DNA of 64,000 bases from an uncultured Verrucomicrobiae bacterium (lineage in GTDB: Bacteria; Chlamydiota; Chlamydiia; Chlamydiales; Rhabdochlamydiaceae), in NCBI GenBank assembly GCA_963806855.1, contig CAWDYW010000001.1:416001-480000 (forward strand), in the 5' to 3' direction. Made by a program: the position numbers and the translations under genes. The notes under the pieces were generated by a model. The model did not search any database, was not told the origin of the DNA, and was given only the letters and a program-made list of their open reading frames with translations. This document shows, piece by piece, positions 18,873-27,861 of this stretch; position 1 is the stretch's first letter; each line of letters opens with the position of its first letter.

Positions 18873-21737
18873 ATGCAAATAGAAAAATGTACTGGATTCA
18901 ACCCTCAACTGGGTCCGTCATTGCTTCAGCCTAATTCTATTTCTGATTGCAGGGTTCTTGAGCGGCTTCGTAAGCGGACGCAGTTTCAGAAATCAGATTA
19001 CAAAGTATATATCGAACGGCTTCACAAGCGGATTCAGTTATTAGAAAGCTCCGAGCTTGTGGAGAAAATTCTCAGTGGACTTAAGTTGAAAACTATCCCT
19101 GTAGTACTGGGTTCGCTCTTCTCCGACCTTTTGCAAGAACCGCTTCCTATCAAAATAGAGAGCTCTATCTGGAAAATAAGGGCAGCTTTAATAAACTACG
19201 CTATAGGGCCTCATGCAGGGGATAATAAAGAAATCCGATCGAGATTTAGAGAAGAGATTGATCAGATGATCTTGGATCTTAGAGAGCTTCGGAAGCAGAA
19301 TCTTTTTAAAGCTTTGTGGAAGCGTGAAAATATGAGCTTTGTGGGTGAAGCTCTTAATCTAAGTGATGCTGATCGTGGAGTTTTTTTCACTGGAATAATT
19401 GAACGCTGCGATGGTGATGAAAATAAAAAGACATTCGTAATGAAGGATAGGTCTAAGTGTGTAATTTCATTTCAAGATAGCGAAATTAATTTTTTTTCAA
19501 AAGTTTTACGTGCCAGTTTTTTCAGATGTTTAATAACCGGCGTTATTAAAGATCAAGATCGTTTCTTTATAGAATCTGATGGTAAAATAGTTATTAATGG
19601 AGAATATCAATTATTAGTCCCGGGTCAAGAGAAGGCTGATTGTTATAGTTTGGAAATTCGCAATATTAATCTCGGGAATGTGTATGTCTTGAAATTCACA
19701 AATTTTGAGAGTGATTTTGCGGATGTCAAAATTAAGATTGGGGCTTTTGAATTTGGGCTAGAGGATTTTGAAAGAGAGTTTATTGTAAAAAAGGAGGAGG
19801 AACAACCAATTAAAGGCATAAACTTTTCCAATGTTTGCAAATACGTTTCTTTTCAAATTGCAGGTTCTTCTAATCGGCAAAATGTGGGTGTAGAAGTCGA
19901 TCAGAGCATTGTGGAAAGGAATGTTCTAGCGCAGAAGATGGAGCTTATCAATAGGGCCATTGAATTAGAGGCTACAACTAAAGATAGGGATATCGTCTTA
20001 GTAATCGGCGAATCAAATTCTGATAAGGCCAAAGTGATTAATAGCTTGGCCGCATCAACGTCAAACTTAATTGATTGTCCAAATGTTTATCATCCTTCCA
20101 GCGAAGAGAGCGTATTAATTGAAAATCTGATGATAGATCGAGCTATTTCAAAAGCCAAATCGATTAAAGCTGTATTAATTGCTGTCTCAGCCGATGATTT
20201 TTTCATAGATCAAGGTGCAAGAGTGCTTACTTTAATTGAGCACGTTCGAGATAGATTTCCACAAGCATTTGACCCTTCCTATTACGAAAGAAATTCTCGA
20301 TTTTTTCTCTGTATCACCAAAGGAGTTCTAAGATCATTCAATACAGTTGAAGAGCTTTCAAAGCTAATAGAGGTCTATGAGAATGCAGCGGATGTTGAAA
20401 GAGCGCAGGAATTAGAATTAGGGGACATTTTTAGTTATCGATTATTACAATCTAGGTGGAAAATTTGGAATAGTCTCAAAAGCATGTGCAATGGAAGGGC
20501 GATTTTATGCAATGGAAGCGAAGAGGGGATTAATTTTAATCATTCGGATGAAGCGCTGGAGCCAAAAACCTATCATAAAAAGGTTTGGGAAAAAGACTTG
20601 ATTCGACAGAGGTTTCTCGCTTTCGTAAGGTCTGCTGCTCAGATATGGGATTCTCAGTTTTTTGGCCCCTATCTAAGTGTTCTGTCGAAAATTGAGAAGT
20701 GGGAGCAATCGATCCTCGAGCTAGAGGATCTGATAAAGAAACTGCGGGACTCGGAATGGGATTTAGGTGAAGTTTTACATCTGCTAAATGGATTTCAAAA
20801 TAATCTCCATTGTCATTTAGATAATTTGCGAACTAATTTGCATGTGATTGATAAAGATATAAAGATGCGTAAAGCGACTAAAGCTAAATTACTAGAAGAA
20901 ATCGCAGGGCTTGGAGCGGGCAATATAGATAAAGTGATTTATGAAAAAAAATATACAGCTGAGATGGAAGTGACGATTTGTGATTTCGATCAGCGAGAGC
21001 GATTGAGAGAGTTGGGTGAGGGAAAGAATATTGTCGGAAAAAACCTTCGGACAATTCTACTGGGAACTTTCGATGGTTGTACACGACCTCTATTCATAAT
21101 AGAAAAAGAATTTCAATTGGCCCCGAGTGATCCTAACGCTATTTTTAGCTTTGAACAAAAGAGAGTTGGAGGTGGTTACTCCAGTAAATTAGAAGGGGAG
21201 GGATATGAATTAAGAAAAATAAAAGTATTTCCTGGAGGCAAAAAAATTGCTTACGAGTTTTTGATGAAATATATAAAAGGTGGGCCGATTCCTTCGGTTA
21301 AAATTACTCATAGTATTCCCAATCAGGTAATCAGAGATCAGAAAAATGCAGAAATTGCCCATCTAGAAGAAGTAATAGGCAATTTGGAAAAAAAGAGAGT
21401 TTTGCTCCTAAAAGATATGGAATGCGAAAAAGAAAGAGAATATCTAAATAGCGCCATTCTTGAAAACAGAAACATGCTTGAAAATGAGCGAACTACGAGA
21501 TTAAAACTGGAAGAAAAATTGTCATCAACCCGGAAATCTTATCAAGATGAGATCAGAATCAAAGGCGAACTTGCCACTTTTATCAAAGATTTTATCAAAG
21601 AACGAAAGAGGGAGCTCGAAATCTTTTACGACTTCGCTGCTCTAAATATTGTGAAGCAACCCGAAGATCCAAACGATCCGCTAAGACGGTTTGTCAAAAT
21701 GTGCGATCGTTTGAAATCAACAAATTTTAACAATTAA
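18873..21737 (+). CDS. Large hypothetical protein with a degenerate P-loop GTPase-like domain and C-terminal coiled coils
   Basis: IVLVIGESNSDKAKVIN (G1-like), IDCPN (G3-like), CITKG (G4-like); AT-rich DNA. Confidence 0.55.
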   Translation: MQIEKCTGFNPQLGPSLLQPNSISDCRVLERLRKRTQFQKSDYKVYIERLHKRIQLLESSELVEKILSGLKLKTIPVVLGSLFSDLLQEPLPIKIESSIWKIRAALINYAIGPHAGDNKEIRSRFREEIDQMILDLRELRKQNLFKALWKRENMSFVGEALNLSDADRGVFFTGIIERCDGDENKKTFVMKDRSKCVISFQDSEINFFSKVLRASFFRCLITGVIKDQDRFFIESDGKIVINGEYQLLVPGQEKADCYSLEIRNINLGNVYVLKFTNFESDFADVKIKIGAFEFGLEDFEREFIVKKEEEQPIKGINFSNVCKYVSFQIAGSSNRQNVGVEVDQSIVERNVLAQKMELINRAIELEATTKDRDIVLVIGESNSDKAKVINSLAASTSNLIDCPNVYHPSSEESVLIENLMIDRAISKAKSIKAVLIAVSADDFFIDQGARVLTLIEHVRDRFPQAFDPSYYERNSRFFLCITKGVLRSFNTVEELSKLIEVYENAADVERAQELELGDIFSYRLLQSRWKIWNSLKSMCNGRAILCNGSEEGINFNHSDEALEPKTYHKKVWEKDLIRQRFLAFVRSAAQIWDSQFFGPYLSVLSKIEKWEQSILELEDLIKKLRDSEWDLGEVLHLLNGFQNNLHCHLDNLRTNLHVIDKDIKMRKATKAKLLEEIAGLGAGNIDKVIYEKKYTAEMEVTICDFDQRERLRELGEGKNIVGKNLRTILLGTFDGCTRPLFIIEKEFQLAPSDPNAIFSFEQKRVGGGYSSKLEGEGYELRKIKVFPGGKKIAYEFLMKYIKGGPIPSVKITHSIPNQVIRDQKNAEIAHLEEVIGNLEKKRVLLLKDMECEKEREYLNSAILENRNMLENERTTRLKLEEKLSSTRKSYQDEIRIKGELATFIKDFIKERKRELEIFYDFAALNIVKQPEDPNDPLRRFVKMCDRLKSTNFNN

Positions 21738-21751
21738 ATAAGGAGTTTTTT

Positions 21752-23704
21752 ATGCACCCAGTCACAACAGCCAGAATGGCTAGCAAACAATCGGCGCAAC
21801 CTTCACAAGTGAAGCCAGGGACCACCCTTTATACCTATCCCCTTAAAGATAGAAAAATAGAAGTGAAGACAAATGACGCTAATGAACTAATAGCTAGGGT
21901 CGACGGTTCAAAGGAAAAAAAGACCCTTCTATTGGGAAATCTTCCAGATGAAATAAAAAAAACTCGAGATGAATCAAAATTAAAAAGATTTTTCGAGCGT
22001 GTTCATTTAGTTCTAGAAGGTGATGAGGTTAAAGGTGAGGAGGTTAAGGTTAATGTTTATGACTCACGTTCTGATAGAGGAGATGTAAGGAATATGATTC
22101 CATTTCACCCAAGCCTTACTTTGGGTGGTATCGTCAGAAGAAGGACTATTGAAGAGATGCAAGCCCAAGCAAGAAATCCAAAGAGGAATCCGCGAGCATT
22201 GCGGGCAGAGCTTAAAGCAAGTCAGGATAACCTGAGAGAGAAAAATAGCGAGGTGAAGGTTCAAAGTGACAGAGTAGATCAGTTAGTGAAAGCTAAAGCT
22301 TCAGAAGACGAGATAATCAATGAAGATCAAATAGCTTTGTCTCTACAAGCAGAGGCGAGGCTTGAGTGTTTAAATCAACAGAGGATACTTAGTGAATTAT
22401 ATAAATCTCATACCGACATTTCCTCAGAATTGCCCTCTGTGTTTCAGCATGGCTTAAATACCGTAATCGATTTGAGCTTGGACGAGTCAATAAAATCTCA
22501 GCCTCGGGGGAGTAAAGAAGCGTATTTTGTTTGTGATTTTATCGATTTGCGAACAACCGACAAAGAAGTGGTGAGTTCAATTAAAGGGTCGAAGGCAATA
22601 GGTAATATTTCTGCAAGCGGCTCACTTTACTCTTGCAATATTGGGGGAGCTGCTCGTCTAGATAGTTCTATCGGAGATCGTATTGTCGAAATGAAAGAAA
22701 CCGGTGGAGTTGAAGCTGTTTTGATCATCAATGCCTTTGTTTCTACTGGGTACGTTAAATGTATTCCAACTCCAAGTTATAAAGAAGACGAATTAAAAAT
22801 GATTTATCAAATGATGAAAACGGGAAGTGAAAAGGAGCATGATGATTATGGAATTACGACATTAGACAAAAATGGAGAAAAGGCGATTTATTTAATAACT
22901 GAAGAGGTGATGGGAGGTGCTTTTAGCGCATTGGTTACATTTTCAAATTCTAAGATTGCGGCGCATAATACGGCGAAACATCTAGAAAATCGGAATATTT
23001 CTGCAGGGGTTAATGGGGGAGTAAGTATTGGACCAGTGAAAGCCGATTTCGACATTTCTGGTCAACATGGCAAAGAAGCCAGATCCGATGAGGATAAGTT
23101 TAGACACTCTCTATCCACAAAAGTGAATATTGAAATTCTATCAAAGGGAGCGATTCCAACATTTTCAATTGAAGCGCTTCAGCAAAAGATCAATTATTTG
23201 GATGAAGGTCAGGGTATTTTATCTGCTAATAGCGTTTTTAATGCTTTTCAGGAATTTGTAAAAGAGTTGCGAACGAATCCTTTGGCTGGAGCGCCTCTAG
23301 GTTTTAACTATACTGTGTTGACGCAAAGTGCTATCGAGCAAAAATTGAAGGATTTAAATGTGGACACAAAAAAAATAGGCGCTTCCTCTGAGGCTGAACA
23401 TGAAGGGAAGGCAGGTCATGCAGCAGCTCCAGCTGGTTTGCAACCTCTTAAAAACGAGTCTGTTGTAGATGATCTATTCCAGGATTCTGGGCAGAATATG
23501 CCGTCACAATCATCTGAATCACTCGTCCGAAGTGTAGGAAATCCTACTGTAGAAGGACCCGCTGACTCGCAACCTGGACAAGCACAAGCTCCTGGGCTTT
23601 GGGATGTGGCCAGAAGCAAAGTAAAGGGCCTCATGGGCCAGCCAGCTTCTCCAAATTCTAGGCAAACAGGAGTTGTTCCTAAAGAAAAAGAGGAAGACCA
23701 ATAA
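21752..23704 (+). CDS. Hypothetical protein, candidate MACPF/CDC-like pore-forming fold
   Basis: YG...YLITEEVMGG, two Gly/Ser-rich hairpin-like segments, EILSKGAIP, NP..GAPLGFNYTVL, and a disordered C-tail. RBS AAGGAG. Confidence 0.45.
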   Translation: MHPVTTARMASKQSAQPSQVKPGTTLYTYPLKDRKIEVKTNDANELIARVDGSKEKKTLLLGNLPDEIKKTRDESKLKRFFERVHLVLEGDEVKGEEVKVNVYDSRSDRGDVRNMIPFHPSLTLGGIVRRRTIEEMQAQARNPKRNPRALRAELKASQDNLREKNSEVKVQSDRVDQLVKAKASEDEIINEDQIALSLQAEARLECLNQQRILSELYKSHTDISSELPSVFQHGLNTVIDLSLDESIKSQPRGSKEAYFVCDFIDLRTTDKEVVSSIKGSKAIGNISASGSLYSCNIGGAARLDSSIGDRIVEMKETGGVEAVLIINAFVSTGYVKCIPTPSYKEDELKMIYQMMKTGSEKEHDDYGITTLDKNGEKAIYLITEEVMGGAFSALVTFSNSKIAAHNTAKHLENRNISAGVNGGVSIGPVKADFDISGQHGKEARSDEDKFRHSLSTKVNIEILSKGAIPTFSIEALQQKINYLDEGQGILSANSVFNAFQEFVKELRTNPLAGAPLGFNYTVLTQSAIEQKLKDLNVDTKKIGASSEAEHEGKAGHAAAPAGLQPLKNESVVDDLFQDSGQNMPSQSSESLVRSVGNPTVEGPADSQPGQAQAPGLWDVARSKVKGLMGQPASPNSRQTGVVPKEKEEDQ

Positions 23705-23830
23705 ACAAACGTCCTTAAAAAGTTTTGGTAAAACTGCGGATGCATACTGTGCCCACACCCTAGTAAAAAAAGGTATTTTGAGGTATCGTTTTTCCCGAGC
23801 ATATTTAAAATATGCTTGGGAGTAAAATTT

Positions 23831-25870
23831 ATGTTAAGCCCTATTGATAAAAAAGATTTCCTTGGAATGTCGCCTCGCCAAGTGACTCAGGAATCAGAAA
23901 GCTCTGAAGATCGGTTTGAAGATATCTATCGGTTGCTCGCTGATGCGTTAAAGTACATTAGAGAAAAGTCGAAAACCGATTCTTCAAGTTGTTTCGGTAT
24001 AGGTGCTCTGCAAAGCGAATATGAGAAAATCGCATGCGAAATTCGTATTTTAGGCAACGCCAATCATACCCAGTTAGAACAGTTGTCTCTAAGAATCGAC
24101 AAGCTGAGCAAGAGAACGTTAGTATTGCCGGAATGCAATAGCCCACTTTCAAAGATATACTCCGATCTGAGAAGTCTCTATTGCAATCAGTTAGCTATAA
24201 TTGGAGCCAATTCACAAATGACAAGCGTGCAAAAGGATTCCTTTTCATCTTTTGCCGAGGAAGCTGCAAAAAATGGCAAGGCGAATTTTCTTGGGTTATT
24301 GAGAGATCCAAAAGATAAAGATCTGTGTAAACGTTTCGGAGGACTTCGCGATAAGCTTTATCCTATTCTAAATGATCGATTGAGAGAGGTTTTTTGTAAA
24401 AAATTAATGGAGATCAAGGCATTAAATAATCAAGATTCGCGCTGTTTTATTTGCTACAATATAGATGAGCCGGACGTGATCTCTTGGATCCAAAATGTCT
24501 TAGGCCCAGATATGTGGAGGATTGGGGTCGAGCCGGTTTGGTCGAGATCCCGCTGTGCTGCAGGAGCCCCCTTGGGTGAATTCATGCTTCGAGCGGGTAC
24601 AGAGGATTTTGCTACTGTAATTTGCACGCCGGCATTATTTGATAAATGTGGATGGGAAAGTGGTGTTGCAATAGAAATTAAGGACATGAAAGACAACCGA
24701 TTACAGAATAAAATCGGGACCACTATCCCAATTCTCTTTAAAAAAAGAAGTGGAGGAGATCCCCAGGATGTCAATCCATTTCGGGATATGGGAGCTAAGG
24801 GGCCCTTTGCAGTAGTAGCCACTCTTGAAAATTATACAGGTATCCTAAATTTTCTTGTGACACTGAAACTACCTAATAAAGAAGACTGTCGTGAAATTGG
24901 TGAAAAATACATTGCCGAAGTGAAATCAGAGGGAGTCGAAATTCTTGAGGAGCTTTTAAGGTTGCAAGAGCAATGTCCAGAACATAGCTTTTTTCATCCC
25001 GATGGATCTAGGACAAATTCGGTTCCAACTGTAGAAACAGAACAAAGACAACTTGAAACTATAGTGCGTCTGATAGGGCTTCATCAAAGACTAAACCGTT
25101 CTCGAGGGTTTAGTGGGCTGCAAAAGATAGAAGATGAGCAACAGAATTGGAAATGTGTTGTTGGGAATATCCGTTTAAATAAAAATGACTTAATAGCAGT
25201 TAAGACGGCATTCGAAAAAATACATGAGATAAATAAGTCACATGAACTGATAGATAAACGTCCAGGGCGTGATCATACCCGACGGGAGATCTTCGCTATG
25301 CAAATAGAGTCCCAAATCTATTATGAATTAGGGGAATATCAAGATGCAATTTCTGTGTATTACAAGATGCTCGCTTTAGATCCCAATATTTATCTCGCTC
25401 ACCGTAATTTAGGTCGCATCTATACTATTTTAGGGGAGGTTCAAAAAGCGGAAGATCGGTTTTTATGGGCAATGTGTATTCCGGGAGCTGGTGAAGACGC
25501 AATCGTAGAGTATGGGATGTTATTGTTACGTCTTGGACGCTACAAAGAGGCAATTGATCAGTTGTCGAAGGTTAAGCGAGGTGATGTCGAATTGATCTAT
25601 CGATTTGCAGATTCAAACTCATTATATGAAGAATTGAACGGTGAGCTTGAAGATCAAAAATTGATCAGAATTAGAGCTGATCACTTAGCCTGCTTTCTAT
25701 TAGCAAAAGCCCATCTTAAAACTGGGGACATGCAGAGGACCCGAGAATCATGTGATATTTTCAGATCTCTTCTTCAAATTCATCGTTCACCCCTTGGTAA
25801 TAAACTACTCGGTCATTTGTATGCAGAATTAGAGGAGTGGTCAAAAGCGCAAGAGGCTTTTGGTTTTTAA
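23831..25870 (+). CDS. TIR/SEFIR-like domain plus TPR protein
   Basis: CFICY...WIQNVLGPDM...G...FM...DFATVICTP...SGVAIE...IPILF, then C-terminal TPRs (IYYELGEYQDA, NLGRIYTILGE). Likely start ATG 23831. Confidence 0.7.
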   Translation: MLSPIDKKDFLGMSPRQVTQESESSEDRFEDIYRLLADALKYIREKSKTDSSSCFGIGALQSEYEKIACEIRILGNANHTQLEQLSLRIDKLSKRTLVLPECNSPLSKIYSDLRSLYCNQLAIIGANSQMTSVQKDSFSSFAEEAAKNGKANFLGLLRDPKDKDLCKRFGGLRDKLYPILNDRLREVFCKKLMEIKALNNQDSRCFICYNIDEPDVISWIQNVLGPDMWRIGVEPVWSRSRCAAGAPLGEFMLRAGTEDFATVICTPALFDKCGWESGVAIEIKDMKDNRLQNKIGTTIPILFKKRSGGDPQDVNPFRDMGAKGPFAVVATLENYTGILNFLVTLKLPNKEDCREIGEKYIAEVKSEGVEILEELLRLQEQCPEHSFFHPDGSRTNSVPTVETEQRQLETIVRLIGLHQRLNRSRGFSGLQKIEDEQQNWKCVVGNIRLNKNDLIAVKTAFEKIHEINKSHELIDKRPGRDHTRREIFAMQIESQIYYELGEYQDAISVYYKMLALDPNIYLAHRNLGRIYTILGEVQKAEDRFLWAMCIPGAGEDAIVEYGMLLLRLGRYKEAIDQLSKVKRGDVELIYRFADSNSLYEELNGELEDQKLIRIRADHLACFLLAKAHLKTGDMQRTRESCDIFRSLLQIHRSPLGNKLLGHLYAELEEWSKAQEAFGF

Positions 25871-25890
25871 AAACTAGGAAGTTTTAAGAT

Positions 25891-27861
25891 ATGCCAGCAG
25901 TTTTTTTATCTACAGTAAAGGATGAGGTTGTTGAAGAGCGAAAAACAATTGGATGGAAATGGGCTGCTCTGTTTGTAGTCTTAGCGATCCCGTTGATCTT
26001 GCTCTTTTGGAAATCGAGTCCTCCCACAATTGTTGACCTTCCTACGAAGCATGCCGATTTCATTGGAAGGGCAAAGGAGCTGGCGATTTTAAAACAGAGG
26101 CTTCTGGCCAGGCAAAAGGCAAGAGGAATCAATTTCGCGGCGATTTGCGGAGAGGGGGGGATCGGCAAATCTGAGCTGGCCATCTCTTTTGCAAATGAGC
26201 ACTTGGCCGATTTTGCCTTCATCGGATGGGTAGATGGCAGCAGTGAGGAGGCTCTTGTCCATTCTTATGCCAAGCTGGGTGATAGTTTAGAGATCCTAGA
26301 AGAGCATCCCGATCGGAGGCGCGAAAAGGTGCATGCAAAACTCGAGAAGGAGAAGGGGTGGCTGCTCATCTTTGACGATGTGCCACAGGTGCCGGCAGAC
26401 ATCCCTAAGTCTGGAGGGGCGATTTTGATTACCTGCAGGGACAAAGGGATTTGTCCTCCAGAGGCATGTATAGAACTGGAGAAAAATCAGGAAGATGCCC
26501 TGGTATTGCTTTCGAAACTCACTGGCCAGAAAAGGTCGGAGGATCTCCAGCATTTAGCAGAGCAACTCGATTTCTTGCCATTGATGATCGATTTGGCGGG
26601 GCACTATATTGCCGAAACCCCTGGAATCGACTTTTCTCATTATTCTGAGCTTTTGAAAGAAAAATCAGCTAATAACCCAATCAAATGGGTAGAATTGCGC
26701 AAGAGGTACCCCAAAAGTCTGGCAGCCACCTACCTAACGACTCTTAAGTTACTCGAAAGCAAGCACCCTTTAAGTCTTGAATTTCTCAAGGAGGCTTCTT
26801 TTCTTCACCACCAAAATATCCCTGAAGAGCTCTTGGCTTGTTGGCTTGAGGAGAAAAAGATCTATAGCTTGGCGGAAATCCCCATCATTAAGGGGGATAT
26901 CCTCAGGGAACTACAGAATCACTCCCTGATTCGGTATGATGCAAAGCGGGGCGATTTTTCGATTCATCAACTTCTCCATCAGACTTTGGAACAAGTCAGA
27001 GATGGACACAGATGGCTGAGTATTTTAACCCAATTAGAAGCTGTAGCCCATTACAACCCCACCCAGAAAGACACGATCCGCCCCTTTCAAAGGGTTTTAC
27101 CTCATTGTCTGAGTGTTATAGAGCAGTCCCCTTCAATTCCTCTGGCAATGACGGTCGCCCGCTATTTTGTCGATACGGAACACGATCTCAAAAAAGGGCA
27201 GATCTATCTTGACAAGGCTGCAACCTGGGCTCAAGGATGGAGCCATCCGATACAGGGACGTATCGCCTTTTTACAGGGGATGTTGGAATTTCGAAAAGAG
27301 CAGTATGGTCCAGCTCTTAACTGTTTTGATCGGGCTCATATGATTTTTGAGGAGCAGGATGACAATCAACTCTATCAGGGGATCGAACAGAATCCACAAA
27401 AATGTACTAAAGAATATCAGAGAGCGATCTGCATGGAGTATCAGGGGCAGGCTTTGCGACTTTTAGGTCGTATTGAGGAAGCAGAAACGCTTTTAGAAGA
27501 GTCGCTACAAGCATTTCAAGCTATCTCCAAGGAACATTTCGATATCGCCCGCATTTTACGTGAGCAGGCCTTGATATTGTGGGAAAGAGGGGCGCAAGCA
27601 GAGGCGATTACGAAATTGGAAGAGGCGATTGCGATGCAACAGCGGGTTTATGGAGACAGCTATTTATCGCAGCCGGCTGTCGCAGCTACCCATCGGATAC
27701 TGGGCAATTTTTTCTTCGAGAGGGGAGAATATCAAAAGGCAGATCAAGCCTATCAATTTGCAATCGAGATCAATCAGGCCATTTATCACTCTGATGTGCA
27801 TCCCTTTCAGCTTGAACTTTTGGAGTTGAGAGAAAAGGCTCAAAAGGCTCTCAATAAATGA
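25891..27861 (+). CDS. Membrane-anchored NB-ARC (STAND) ATPase with C-terminal TPRs (NLR-like)
   Basis: N-terminal TM, FIGRAKEL, Walker A GEGGIGKS, Walker B WLLIFDDV, ILITCR, LPLMIDLAG, SIHQLL, then TPRs. Confidence 0.9.
   Translation: MPAVFLSTVKDEVVEERKTIGWKWAALFVVLAIPLILLFWKSSPPTIVDLPTKHADFIGRAKELAILKQRLLARQKARGINFAAICGEGGIGKSELAISFANEHLADFAFIGWVDGSSEEALVHSYAKLGDSLEILEEHPDRRREKVHAKLEKEKGWLLIFDDVPQVPADIPKSGGAILITCRDKGICPPEACIELEKNQEDALVLLSKLTGQKRSEDLQHLAEQLDFLPLMIDLAGHYIAETPGIDFSHYSELLKEKSANNPIKWVELRKRYPKSLAATYLTTLKLLESKHPLSLEFLKEASFLHHQNIPEELLACWLEEKKIYSLAEIPIIKGDILRELQNHSLIRYDAKRGDFSIHQLLHQTLEQVRDGHRWLSILTQLEAVAHYNPTQKDTIRPFQRVLPHCLSVIEQSPSIPLAMTVARYFVDTEHDLKKGQIYLDKAATWAQGWSHPIQGRIAFLQGMLEFRKEQYGPALNCFDRAHMIFEEQDDNQLYQGIEQNPQKCTKEYQRAICMEYQGQALRLLGRIEEAETLLEESLQAFQAISKEHFDIARILREQALILWERGAQAEAITKLEEAIAMQQRVYGDSYLSQPAVAATHRILGNFFFERGEYQKADQAYQFAIEINQAIYHSDVHPFQLELLELREKAQKALNK

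Noticed and set aside
21752..23704. Bacterial gasdermin call
   Set aside because: At 650 aa it is much longer than typical bacterial gasdermins, lacks the N-terminal Cys, and its motif order fits MACPF/CDC better.
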